A stretch of 63,934 nt of DNA, counting the filler, from an uncultured Myxococcia bacterium (GTDB taxonomy: Bacteria; CAZTWC01): assembly GCA_964617105.1 (NCBI GenBank). It is 3 parts of 3 records of this genome, joined end to end, with 100 filler letters (N's around TTAATTAATTAA, not from the genome) between each part and the next. Parts side by side here need not be neighbours in the genome. Positions count along the whole stretch, not along the records: positions 1 to 26,655 come from CAZTWC010000016.1; 2 more parts are not named here. The stretch is one strand, 5' to 3'. The notes under the pieces were generated by a model. It saw only the letters and a program-made list of their open reading frames with translations. It was not told the origin of the DNA and did not search any database. Positions 1 to 9,962 of this stretch are shown in pieces. How positions within the stretch are numbered: position 1 is the stretch's first letter; the number at the start of each line of letters is the position of its first letter. Made by a program: the position numbers and the translations under genes.

Positions 1-275
1 TATTCGTTGAAGGGGAAAAAGACGGTCAAAAAATTCGTCATAGTTTTGACCTTGTCGATTATTACGACGCCAAGACAAAAACTCACTCAATGGCACGTAC
101 CACCGGATATACCGCAACCATGGCCATTCGCTTATTGGCCGAGGGACTTTATTCTCAAAAAGGTGTCATCCCCCCCGAGTTGATAGGACGGCATAAAGAC
201 TGTGTTGATTTTATGGTGGCTGGACTGCGTGAGCGTGGAATCGTTTATCGGGAGTCAGTAGAATTGCTCGGTTAA
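1..275 (+). CDS. Saccharopine dehydrogenase family protein, C-terminal part (5' end outside window)
   Basis: Frame open from position 3: ...FDLVDYYDAKTKTHSMARTTGYTATMAIRLLAEG...GVIPPELIG; SMARTTG and G-V-x-PPE are typical of the saccharopine dehydrogenase C-terminus. Confidence 0.75.
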   Translation, partial: FVEGEKDGQKIRHSFDLVDYYDAKTKTHSMARTTGYTATMAIRLLAEGLYSQKGVIPPELIGRHKDCVDFMVAGLRERGIVYRESVELLG

Positions 276-437
276 TCAAGTTTAGGGTAATTCTTAATTG
301 TCATGATGAAGAAATAGACAATCCATTCAAAACATATCAAATTAAATCTTGCAATTATCTCTGAATACTATATTATGTCGTTCTTATTATGTAATATAGT
401 ATCGTATTCAAATCAATCTCAGTAGGAAAACAACTCT

Positions 438-3041
438 ATGCAAAAAATAAACAAGTTTAAAATTTTTACTCTCCTACTTCTGACCCTGGTTATAACGGTT
501 TTCTTCTCCTGCGGCAGCGGCCTCAAACAGAAAACTCCACCTGTAGCCAAAAATGGAGTGCTAGATGTCACTGGTTGGGACTTTAATAGGGATGGTTCCC
601 TTAAACTAGAAGGTGAGTGGGACTTTTACTGGAAAAAATTGATAGACCCCAAGGAATTTAAAAAAAATCCAGAAAAGTTTCTACCCAAAAAAAATACTAT
701 CCCGGTACCTGGAAATTGGAACACCTTTACTCCCCCTGGAGGGAAGGAAGTTGGCGGGATTGGCTATGCTACCTATGTTTTAAAGATTGTGGGTTTATCA
801 GCCGATTCAAAAAAGGATTTGGGCCTTCAATTGTTTGAAGCCGGAACAGAATACGCAGTATACTTTTTGCCTGTTTCCACCAGACACTTTTTTCCTGCTG
901 CAACCAGCCTTGAACCTAACCAAGACCTTGAACCCGTTATGCAAAATGGGATAGTAGCCACTGATAAATCAAATTCTCTTCCCCACTCTTTTCCCTTGAT
1001 AAAAAAAATACCTCAATGGAAAAAAACCTCTTATATCCTGGTCCAGATATCCAATCACCGTCACCGGTCTGGCGGATTCTGGGAACCACTGTGGTTTGGC
1101 TATAAAAATAGCCTCGTCAAAAAAAGGGAAAATAGCAGGGCGCGATCTTTTTTTATCCTCGGCATTATACTCATTATGGCTCTTTATCACTTAGGCCTTT
1201 TTAGCCAGCGCAGAGAGGACAAAGCCAGCCTTTTATTTAGTATGTTTTGTTTTAATATTGTTGCCCGTGTGAGTTGTACCGACAAATTAATCCATGAACT
1301 TTTTTCTACTCCTGGAGAAATCACCTTTGAACTGCTATATAAATTAGAATACATGACCTTTTATCTGGCCACACCTATTTTTTATACTTTTTTATGCCTC
1401 GTTTTTACAAAAGAGTTTCCCCGCATTGTACATCGCTTTATGTGGGTAATAGCGGGTTTGTTTATTCTTGAACTTCTGATCTTTCAGATAATATTCTACT
1501 CTGTTTATAACTTTATTTATCAACTTATAACTCTCACTATTTGTTCATATGCGGTTTATTGCATCGTCAAGTCAGTTTTCCATAAGAGAGAGGGGGCTTT
1601 AATAACATTTGTCGGGTTTATGATACTTTTTGTAACAACAATACAGGACTTTCTGCATTCACAAAATATTATTAACACCTCGTTGCTTAACCAGTATGGC
1701 CTGGTGGCTTTTATATTTGCCCAAAGTTACATGTTGTCAAAACTTTTTGCCCGGGCCTATATTACATCAGAAAAATTAGGTAAACAATTGGCTGTGGTTC
1801 ATAACATTGGCGCCTCTATCTCGCGTATGAATAAAATTAAGGCGTTGCTGGAAGAGTCAATTCAGTCAATTTGCAAACTCCTCGGTGCTAAAGAAGGCTC
1901 CATTTTTTTATATAACGACAAAGAAAACTCCCTGATGAGTGAAGTGACTTATGGTATAAATGATGATAAAATACCTTCTGTATTCCAAATCGGGGAAGGA
2001 ATTGCCGGTCTCAGTTTCCAGGATAGGAAAACCATCCTGATTGATGATATTAACAAAGATGAGCGGTTTATAAAACCAGACACAACATCATCCAAGAGCA
2101 GACGTAGCGCTATGATGACCATACCTTTAACATACCAGGATACAATCTACGGGGTCATCAATATCAACGATAAGCAGACTGACTCTTTAATATTTGACCA
2201 GAACGATCAATATGTGGCCGAGATGGTATCAACCAACATCGCTATCCAGATAAAAAATATCGAATTGCTGGTGGCTACCGCTGAACAGGCGCGCATGGAC
2301 CAGGAATTGAAAACCGCTCAGGCCGTACAGGAGGCTCTCTTTCCAGAAGAAGATCTGAGCCAGGAAAGATTGACAACCGCTGGTTTTTTCCAGTCAGCAT
2401 CGGAAACAGGCGGTGATTGGTATGGATATGTCATGGATGGTGGGCGCTATCAATACATCCTCATCGGAGATGTCACCGGCCACGGCTCTCCGGCGGCGTT
2501 AGTTACCGCAGCAGTTGACGGCGCCTGCTCTACCATCCAAAGAATGTTAGATGAAACAGGGTTGCTTACACTTTCACCTGCTTCGATGATGGTATTCTTA
2601 AATTCCGCGGTGTTTAAGGCTGGTAAACAAAAATATGTCATGACCTTCTTTGCCTCCCGGTTCGACATCCAAACCCGGGAATTGGTATTTTCCAATGCTG
2701 GGCACAATTTTCCTTATTATTACTCAGCAGAGAAAAATAAATTGCGGGGTTTGGCTTTACGGGGAAACCGGCTGGGCTACAATAAAGATGTTACATTTAA
2801 AGAAAAAACAATACAATTGTCTATAGATGACATGATACTGTTTTTTACAGACGGACTAATTGAGTGCACCAATGAAAAAGGCGAAGAATATGGCAAAAAA
2901 AGATTGAAGAATAACTTAATTGCCAATGCGCACAAGGACGTATACGAAATTCGGGATAAGATTGTAAAAGATGCGTATGAATTCTTCGGAGACGAACCAA
3001 GAGACGATGATGTGACTCTGGTGGTGGCAAAAATTTCTTAA
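438..3041 (+). CDS. Membrane sensor phosphatase: 7TM-DISM extracellular + 7TM + GAF + SpoIIE/PP2C
   Basis: LEGEWDFYWKKL and VPGNWN (DISMED2-like), seven hydrophobic segments, GAF (GEGIAG), PP2C motifs GGDWY, GDVTGHG, FTDGL, DDVT. Confidence 0.88.
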   Translation: MQKINKFKIFTLLLLTLVITVFFSCGSGLKQKTPPVAKNGVLDVTGWDFNRDGSLKLEGEWDFYWKKLIDPKEFKKNPEKFLPKKNTIPVPGNWNTFTPPGGKEVGGIGYATYVLKIVGLSADSKKDLGLQLFEAGTEYAVYFLPVSTRHFFPAATSLEPNQDLEPVMQNGIVATDKSNSLPHSFPLIKKIPQWKKTSYILVQISNHRHRSGGFWEPLWFGYKNSLVKKRENSRARSFFILGIILIMALYHLGLFSQRREDKASLLFSMFCFNIVARVSCTDKLIHELFSTPGEITFELLYKLEYMTFYLATPIFYTFLCLVFTKEFPRIVHRFMWVIAGLFILELLIFQIIFYSVYNFIYQLITLTICSYAVYCIVKSVFHKREGALITFVGFMILFVTTIQDFLHSQNIINTSLLNQYGLVAFIFAQSYMLSKLFARAYITSEKLGKQLAVVHNIGASISRMNKIKALLEESIQSICKLLGAKEGSIFLYNDKENSLMSEVTYGINDDKIPSVFQIGEGIAGLSFQDRKTILIDDINKDERFIKPDTTSSKSRRSAMMTIPLTYQDTIYGVININDKQTDSLIFDQNDQYVAEMVSTNIAIQIKNIELLVATAEQARMDQELKTAQAVQEALFPEEDLSQERLTTAGFFQSASETGGDWYGYVMDGGRYQYILIGDVTGHGSPAALVTAAVDGACSTIQRMLDETGLLTLSPASMMVFLNSAVFKAGKQKYVMTFFASRFDIQTRELVFSNAGHNFPYYYSAEKNKLRGLALRGNRLGYNKDVTFKEKTIQLSIDDMILFFTDGLIECTNEKGEEYGKKRLKNNLIANAHKDVYEIRDKIVKDAYEFFGDEPRDDDVTLVVAKIS

Positions 3042-3043
3042 CT

Positions 3044-4111
3044 GTGCTCAGTGAGGAGAAGCTGTTGAAAGGCAATAAAATTACCCCCATAATTAATTAT
3101 CACTTTTTTCTTCTTATAATACTATCCTTTCTGATTATTCCAACTAACAGTTGGGCTAAAAAGAAAAAAAGGATAAAAATAAAAATCGCTACTACGGCTC
3201 CTAACAACACTCCATGGACAGATGCCCTTAATACCATTAAAAAGAAACTCAACAAGGCAAGTAAAAAGCGTTTTAGGGGAAAACTTTACCCCGGGGCCAT
3301 TCTGGGCGGTGAAAAGTTTATGTTGCGATCCTGTTCCAAGGGAAAAATACAGATTTTTGCCGGTTCTCCGGGGGCAGTGGCCGCTTATGCACCTATTGTC
3401 GAACTTCTTGAGCTACCCTTTCTATTTGATACAAACAGTGAAGTCGATTATATCATCGACAAGGTTGTCCACCAGGTTTTGTACAATGCTATATATGAAA
3501 AAGGTTTTGTCCTTATGGGATGGTCTGTAAACGGATGGCAGAACATGGCTAATTCTAAACGGCTAATTAAATCACTTTCGGACCTGAAAGGATTAAAAAT
3601 GCGGTCACAGGAAACAGCGCTTTTTATGGATACCTGGAAGGCTTTTGGGGCTTCACCTATACCCATTGCAGTCACGGAAGTTTTATCGGCTCTGCAGGTA
3701 AATATTATAGACGGGTTTGCCCAGACGCCCCTATATACCTTTGCGACCTCCTGGTACCAGGGCATCAAATACTACTCTCTTACACGCCACATCTACCAGC
3801 CAGCAATTGTGGTAGCCAGCAGAAAATGGTATGATGCTCTACCCCAAGATTTGCAAAAAGTGTTTCTCGAGTCTCCCAAAAAGATTATAATCGATTCCAG
3901 AAAAAATGTCCGGAAATTAAGCCCGGTCTTACTCGAAAACCTGAAAAAGGCGGGCGTCCAGACTTATACCCTCACCGAGCAGGAGCGCCGGGCCATTGCC
4001 AAACCAGCCCAAAAGGTGCATACTAAATATATAGCCAATGCTTCTCCCGGGGCCCAGAAACTCTACCGGAAGATCATAGCCGCCCTGAAGAAACGCAGAA
4101 AAACTAAATAA
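3044..4111 (+). CDS. dctP: TRAP transporter substrate-binding protein (DctP family)
   Basis: Signal peptide; ATTAPNNTPW, ELPFLF, DLKGLKMRSQ, EVLSALQVNIIDG. Confidence 0.9.
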   Translation: MLSEEKLLKGNKITPIINYHFFLLIILSFLIIPTNSWAKKKKRIKIKIATTAPNNTPWTDALNTIKKKLNKASKKRFRGKLYPGAILGGEKFMLRSCSKGKIQIFAGSPGAVAAYAPIVELLELPFLFDTNSEVDYIIDKVVHQVLYNAIYEKGFVLMGWSVNGWQNMANSKRLIKSLSDLKGLKMRSQETALFMDTWKAFGASPIPIAVTEVLSALQVNIIDGFAQTPLYTFATSWYQGIKYYSLTRHIYQPAIVVASRKWYDALPQDLQKVFLESPKKIIIDSRKNVRKLSPVLLENLKKAGVQTYTLTEQERRAIAKPAQKVHTKYIANASPGAQKLYRKIIAALKKRRKTK

Positions 4112-4127
4112 ACGATTAGGAGATATT

Positions 4128-5180
4128 TTGATGGAACAATTTTTTAAAACTTTCCGCTCGCCTATCTATGTGGCACTATTTTCACTATTCTTTCTCCTGC
4201 AGTTTGATAATGAATGCCTGGCCAAAAAGAAAAAAAAGAAAAGGATAAAGGTAAAATTGGGTTCTGTAGTTCCAGAAGGCACTCCCTGGTCTGAATCTGG
4301 AAAGTGGATTAAAAAACGCTTAGAAAAAAACAGTAACAAAAAATTTAGAGTTAAATTGTATTTTGGCGGTACACTAGGTGACGAGAAAAACATAATCAAA
4401 CGTTGCAAAAAAGGAAGTATCCAGATGTACGGCGGCAGTATAGGGAATTTGGCAAATGAGGTACCCCTGTTCGACATCCTGGAGTTGCCCTTTATGTTCA
4501 ATACGCTGGATGAAATAGATTTCGTACTGGACGAAGTGGCTAAACAGGAACTTAAAAAAGCTATGTATGAAAAGGGATTTGTCTTGATGGAATGGACGGA
4601 AAATGGTTGGCGAAATTTTGCCACCATAAAGGGATTTATCAAATCACCCAAGGACCTGAAAGGTCTGAGGATGCGCTCCCAGGAAAATCCTATCTACATC
4701 AATACCTGGAAGGCTTTTGGCGCTTCCCCTTTACCCATCGGAGTAACGGAAGTGCTAAGTTCGCTACAGGTCGGGGTGGTGGACGGTTTTGACCAGACTC
4801 TGCTCTTCACCTTTGCGACTTCCTGGTACCAGGGAATAAAATATTACTCTGTCTCCCGCCATATCCACCAGGCTGGTGCCATCTTTGTCAGCCGTAAGTT
4901 TTATGATAAGTTGCCCCAGGATCTGCAAGATGTGATGATGAATGGTACTGATAAGGAGACAGTACTGGTCCGCAAAAAGGTCAGAGCCTTAAGTAAGGTC
5001 TTACTAGAAAACCTGAGAAAGGCAGGTGTCCAGACCTATACCCTCACCGATCAGGAACGCCAGACCTTTGTCAAACCGGCCCAAAAAGTACAATCTAAAT
5101 ATATAGCCAAAGCTTCTCCCGAAGTCCAGAAACTCTACCGGAAGATCACCGCCGCCCTGAAGAAACGCCGGGGCAAATAG
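4128..5180 (+). CDS. dctP: TRAP transporter substrate-binding protein (DctP family), paralog of upstream gene
   Basis: GSVVPEGTPW, ELPFMF, ENGWRN, DLKGLRMRSQE, LQVGVVDG. Confidence 0.9.
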   Translation: MMEQFFKTFRSPIYVALFSLFFLLQFDNECLAKKKKKKRIKVKLGSVVPEGTPWSESGKWIKKRLEKNSNKKFRVKLYFGGTLGDEKNIIKRCKKGSIQMYGGSIGNLANEVPLFDILELPFMFNTLDEIDFVLDEVAKQELKKAMYEKGFVLMEWTENGWRNFATIKGFIKSPKDLKGLRMRSQENPIYINTWKAFGASPLPIGVTEVLSSLQVGVVDGFDQTLLFTFATSWYQGIKYYSVSRHIHQAGAIFVSRKFYDKLPQDLQDVMMNGTDKETVLVRKKVRALSKVLLENLRKAGVQTYTLTDQERQTFVKPAQKVQSKYIAKASPEVQKLYRKITAALKKRRGK

Positions 5181-5225
5181 GACTGGAAAATTTTGCCCCC
5201 CAAAATGAGATGATTCTTCAAGGAT

Positions 5226-5756
5226 ATGTGGCCTACTCAACTTGATTTTATCTTTGATGAACAGATTTACCACCAGGTTATCCGGGAACGGATCCCTGCG
5301 GCTAAAATATTTGTTTGGATTGCCACCGCTGACATAAAAAATCTGCATGTTCATCAAGGGAAAAAGATGGTGCCTTTTTTGAAAATATTGTCAGAATTGA
5401 TGCGCCGGAATATCCATATTCGACTCATTCATGCCAAAGAACCGGGTATATCTTTTAGAAAGGATTTTGACCGTTTTCCTCTGCTTTTCAATATGGAACG
5501 GCTATTTTGCCCCAGAGTTCACTTTAAAACAGTGGTAGTTGATGGTAATTTTGCCTATTTAGGCAGCGCCAATTTAACCGGCGCTGGAATGGGGGCTAAA
5601 AGTAAAAAAAGGAGAAATTTCGAAAACGGTATCATTACCGAGGAACAGATACTGGTTAGTAAAATTATGGATCAGTTTGATGGATTGTGGATTGGAAAAC
5701 ACTGCCCCACCTGTGACAGAACCGATTATTGCGATTCACACAAAGATATGAATTGA
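5226..5756 (+). CDS. Single-domain phospholipase D/nuclease family protein
   Basis: HKD motif HFKTVVVD followed by GSANLT; C-terminal CxxC-x5-C. Confidence 0.85.
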   Translation: MWPTQLDFIFDEQIYHQVIRERIPAAKIFVWIATADIKNLHVHQGKKMVPFLKILSELMRRNIHIRLIHAKEPGISFRKDFDRFPLLFNMERLFCPRVHFKTVVVDGNFAYLGSANLTGAGMGAKSKKRRNFENGIITEEQILVSKIMDQFDGLWIGKHCPTCDRTDYCDSHKDMN

Positions 5757-5825
5757 ACCAGGCTAAAAAACATTATCCTAACCGTATGATATTATCGCAG
5801 AAATAGTGGACTTTGGTCAATTTGC

Positions 5826-6332
5826 TTACAATTCAATAATCTCCCCCCGTAGTTCTCCATCATCAAAATAAATTCTGCCTACTGTAACAGGTTTTCCCTC
5901 CCTCTTATAACCAGCACTGCCTGGATTAAAGTACATTACCCCATTTCTATCGTATATTGAAGGCATATGGGTATGCCCATGGATAACGGCATGAAATCCT
6001 GCTGCTTGGAGATCAATATCCAAATTGTCCAGGTCATGGAGTACACAGAATAACCATTTCCCATACTCTACTATCTCATATTCATGATAATCATCAGACC
6101 AGGCTGCCGGTGCATCCATATTGCCCTTTACTGCATATACAAGAGCAATCTCCTGAAGTCTATCTATAACTTTCCGGGCAACAATATCTCCAGCATGAAT
6201 GATGATTTCTGCACCCATAAGAACTTTTAGCGCCTCTGGGCGGATAAGTCCGTGGGTGTCTGATATAATGCCTATAAACGGGTGGTTGTTACTTTTTTCT
6301 CTGTTTTTCATACTCTGTCCGCTCTTCTCCAC
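5826..6332 (-). CDS. Metallophosphoesterase (YfcE/MJ0936 family)
   Basis: SDTHG, HAGD, GNMD, HGHTH, NPGS motifs. Confidence 0.9.
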   Translation of the reverse strand: MEKSGQSMKNREKSNNHPFIGIISDTHGLIRPEALKVLMGAEIIIHAGDIVARKVIDRLQEIALVYAVKGNMDAPAAWSDDYHEYEIVEYGKWLFCVLHDLDNLDIDLQAAGFHAVIHGHTHMPSIYDRNGVMYFNPGSAGYKREGKPVTVGRIYFDDGELRGEIIEL

Positions 6333-6558
6333 TTTGAAACTCTTCTACAATTTCCCAAACTATTACTATTAGTCGAAAAGATATCAAGTAAAGATTCTTG
6401 CGTCAATGGAATTGATCTCTTTCCTGGTCAGTGGATAAAATAATTTACCGCCACAAGAATTATCGGTCAACCCGGGATTGTGTTATTTTTTGTTAATTTA
6501 TGATATGTTCTTTTTATCTTTTTACGTGAATTTTAAATCAATTAAAAGGAGACGAAAT

Positions 6559-7293
6559 ATGTTGGAAAATAGAGAAGGTCAACAAGTGCCAGAGGTAACA
6601 TTCAAAATGATTGAAAATGGCAAATGGCAGGAAATTTCCACGGAAGAATTATTCAAAGACAAGACTGTCATTGTCTTTTCTCTGCCTGGAGCGTTCACTC
6701 CCACCTGTTCTTCCAAGCATCTGCCTCGTTACAACGAATTGGCCGGAGTTTTCAACGCCAATGGTATCGATGATATAATCTGTATTTCAGTAAATGATAC
6801 TTTTGTAATGAATGCCTGGAAAAAAGATCAAAATGGCGACAACATTACTTTTATTCCAGATGGCAATGGAGAATTTACCCAAAAAATGAAGTTACTGGTA
6901 GATAAATCCGCCATTGGATTCGGCAAGCGTTCCTGGCGGTATTCTATGCTGGTAAAAAACTGTGTTATCGAAAAAATGTTTATTGAACCGCAAAAAGATG
7001 GCGACCCTTTTGAAGTTTCCGATGCCTATACTATGTTGAACTATATCAATGCAGATGCGCAATTGCCAGATAACATCACTCTTTTTACCGTTCAGGGCTG
7101 CCCTTTCTGCGCCAAAGCCAAGAAATTGCTGCAAGAGAAAGGCCTGAAATATGAAGAAATAATAGTTGGAAACAAGGAGATCACCTCCCGCAGCCTGCGA
7201 GCCGTGTCCGGAAAAGCCACGGTTCCCCAGGTATTTATCAATGGCAAACATATTGGAGGTTCGGAAGATTTGGCCAATTTTTTCAACGGCTGA
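6559..7293 (+). CDS. pgdx: Hybrid peroxiredoxin-5/glutaredoxin (glutathione peroxidase)
   Basis: LPGAFTPTCS peroxidatic motif, CPFC glutaredoxin motif, TVPQVFI..IGG; AAGGAG RBS before ATG 6559. Confidence 0.92.
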   Translation: MLENREGQQVPEVTFKMIENGKWQEISTEELFKDKTVIVFSLPGAFTPTCSSKHLPRYNELAGVFNANGIDDIICISVNDTFVMNAWKKDQNGDNITFIPDGNGEFTQKMKLLVDKSAIGFGKRSWRYSMLVKNCVIEKMFIEPQKDGDPFEVSDAYTMLNYINADAQLPDNITLFTVQGCPFCAKAKKLLQEKGLKYEEIIVGNKEITSRSLRAVSGKATVPQVFINGKHIGGSEDLANFFNG

Positions 7294-7353
7294 ATTAACG
7301 CAAGATTGGCGATAGATTCCAATTATCCAACGTAATATGGGGTCGGATAACTT

Positions 7354-8795
7354 ATGAAAGAATTAACTGCAGATATTGTTATAATCGGAGCCGGTACGGC
7401 TGGTTTGAGCGCTTTCAGGGCCGCCCGTAAACATACGAACAGTGTTGTTTTAATTGAGAGTGGTCCCTATGGCACCACCTGTGCAAGAGTGGGCTGTATG
7501 CCCAGCAAACTATTAATCAGTGCGGCCGATGCCGCCCAGGCTGTCAAATCCGCATCCAAATTCGGTGTTCACCTGGTTGAAGAGGCCCGGATTAATGGGC
7601 GTGAGGTTATGGCGCGGGTTAGAAGAGAAAGAGACAGGTTTGTCGGTTTTGTCACCGACTCGATCGATAATTCCATCCCATCTCAATACAAGATCAAGGG
7701 CCAGGCGCGTTTCCTGGATAACTACAATATCCAGGTAGGTGACAACCTAAAAGTGAAAGCCGGCAGAATAGTCATTGCTACCGGCTCATCACCTTCCTTT
7801 CCACCAACTTTCGCTGAATTGGGGGAGCGCCTGATCACTAACGACCAGTTATTTCAGTGGCAGGAGTTACCCGAATCAATAGCGGTTTTTGGGCCGGGTA
7901 TCATCGGGCTGGAGCCCTGCACAGACTGGGAGTTAGAATTCGGATGTTTGGAAGAGGGGGCCAGGTGGGTCCCTTTTTGGATCCAACGATTAGAGACTAT
8001 GCCACCACTCTCTTTGACAGAGAATTCTACCTTGATACCGATGCTGAAGTGAAAAAGATAGAATTGGCCGGAAACAAGGTAAGGATCAATTTTGTTGATA
8101 AAGAAACCAGCAAAGAGTTGGAAGAAAAATTCGACTACCTCCTGGCTGCCACTGGCCGGAAACCTAATGTTGCCCAGTTAGGTCTGAATAAAACAGACCT
8201 GAACCTGGATGAACGCTCAATCCCCATATTCAACCCTTATACCATGCAGTGCGGTGACTCCAATATCTTTATCGCCGGTGACGCCAATAATGATCGGCCT
8301 TTGCTCCACGAGGCGGCTGACGAAGGTCGTATCGCTGGAGACAATGCCGGTCGGTTTCCCAATATACGGGCCGGAAACAGGCGGGCTCATCTGGCGGTGG
8401 TGTTCACTGAGCCCCAAATGGCGGTGGTTGGCTGCAATTATCGCCAGTTAACCAGTCAGGGGACAGAATGCTTCCGCACTGGAGAAGTGTCTTTCGAGAA
8501 CCAGGGGCGCAGCAGAGTGATCCTGAAAAATAAAGGGCTTATGCACCTTTATGGCGAGCCTGGGAGCGGGCGGTTTCTGGGAGCGGAATTGATTGCCCCG
8601 GCTGCTGAGCACCTGGCCCACTTACTTGCCTGGGCGCTGCAAAACAAGATGACAGTGTCTCAGATGCTGGAGATGCCATTTTATCATCCAGTGATCGAAG
8701 AAGGCCTGCGTACGGGCCTCCGAGACCTGAACCACAAACTCAAAATCGGTTCTGCCTATGATCAGCGCTGTCTGGATTGCGGTCCAGGAGTCTAA
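7354..8795 (+). pseudogene. Dihydrolipoamide-dehydrogenase-like pyridine nucleotide-disulfide oxidoreductase, frameshifted near 7912
   Basis: ORF 7354-8052 has GAGTAG and CARVGCMPSK; ORF 7857-8795 has ATGRKPN, FIAGD and YHPVIEEG; frames switch between GIIGLE and ALHRLGV. Confidence 0.85.
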
Positions 8796-8800
8796 TATTT

Positions 8801-8911
8801 TTAATCCGCAGCAATTAACTTGTAAAGCGGTCTTTCTCCTTTAATACCTTTCAGTTCAAAGTCACCAGCCTTCTCAAATAAATTCCCCTCCAGATAGTTG
8901 GCCACATCGCC
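8801..8911 (-). pseudogene. C-terminal fragment of a probable class III adenylate/guanylate cyclase
   Basis: Minus strand reads GDVANYLEGNLFEKAGDFELKGIKGERPLYKLIAAD*, resembling the cyclase C-terminal 'G.FELKG....LY.L' motif; no upstream part present. Confidence 0.4.
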
Positions 8912-9088
8912 AAACCCCTATTTCCAACCCAAAGCCGAGAGCCAATCGACCTGTCCAGAATCCCAAGAGTAATCAATAGTTGCTTCACCCCATCCAATCT
9001 TGACTAGTTTAGCGATTTGCATTCCTTCCCAGGCGGTGGTTCCCTGGTTGCGGCCATTTAGATGGGGTGATAAATTATCTATACCCCT

Positions 9089-9134
9089 AAAATGACAAAC
9101 CTGCCTTCGCGGCATGAACCTGGTTAATTCGTCA
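9089..9134 (+). repeat. 46-bp dispersed repeat, copy 1
   Basis: aaaatgacaaacctgccttcgcggcatgaacctggttaattcgtca is the exact reverse complement of 35047-35092. Confidence 0.9.
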
Positions 9135-9476
9135 CGAGTTAATACTTTTTGCTGACATCGATGAAATCTATTATTGGAAACAATTTGTTTTGATTACCAC
9201 TAAAATTAGCGCTACGAGCTGGTAATAGATCTTAAAAATTTATTCAGCCTGCAGCGGAGAACCAGTGCACCCGGGTTGGCCTCGAGGTTGAAATTTGCCA
9301 CATGTCGAAAGCCTCCTTTTGAGTTCCGGTTGACATTACGACTTAATTTTTATAAAATTAAAGAAATTTGGGATATTTAGTAAAAACTAGATTGAACTGC
9401 CGATATGGATATTACATTCTTAATCATTAAATATATCTTAACTTGAACTTGTGTAATTGCTCAATTGAGGTGAAAT

Positions 9477-9962
9477 GTGATAAAAAAAACAATACTAATT
9501 GTGATGGTTTTGGGGTTGCTGGCTAACTGTCAACAACCGACATCTGGTCTAAATCCCACTGTCGGGGACATAACGGGAACATGGTTTTTGCATGGCCAAC
9601 TAGTGCATAGCGAATGTGACCACAATTATCCGACTTCAGAGACTGATTTTAGAGAAAATCTGAGTTTCCCTTATGGCCGTACCCCCGTAATTTTCGATGC
9701 TAGTGAAGATAACATCAGGATAACGTCGCAAAATGGACAAAAGACTGAATATCTTGTACAGGGTTCCAGATGGTTACACAGTGAGGTCGTAAATGCTGCT
9801 CCTGGCACCTTAACCTTGGAAAGCCGTTGGACTATCAGCGGACATTCCCAAAATAAATTGATATCTCTTTTCGAGTTACAGTTAAATCTAAAACAGGATA
9901 AAGATAAGGGGAGCAAAAAGATCTGCTCGGCCATTTTCCATGTGAAAGGAGCCCGTCAATGA
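9477..9962 (+). CDS. Hypothetical lipoprotein
   Basis: GAGG RBS, signal peptide with lipobox LANC; overlaps next gene by ATGA. Confidence 0.65.
   Translation: MIKKTILIVMVLGLLANCQQPTSGLNPTVGDITGTWFLHGQLVHSECDHNYPTSETDFRENLSFPYGRTPVIFDASEDNIRITSQNGQKTEYLVQGSRWLHSEVVNAAPGTLTLESRWTISGHSQNKLISLFELQLNLKQDKDKGSKKICSAIFHVKGARQ

Noticed and set aside
9244-9320. Minus-strand 19-codon ORF with AGGAGG RBS ending in TGA (possible leader peptide or selenoprotein)
   Set aside because: A TAA follows four codons later, no SECIS-like hairpin or redox motif was seen, and it lies among fragmentary joins.
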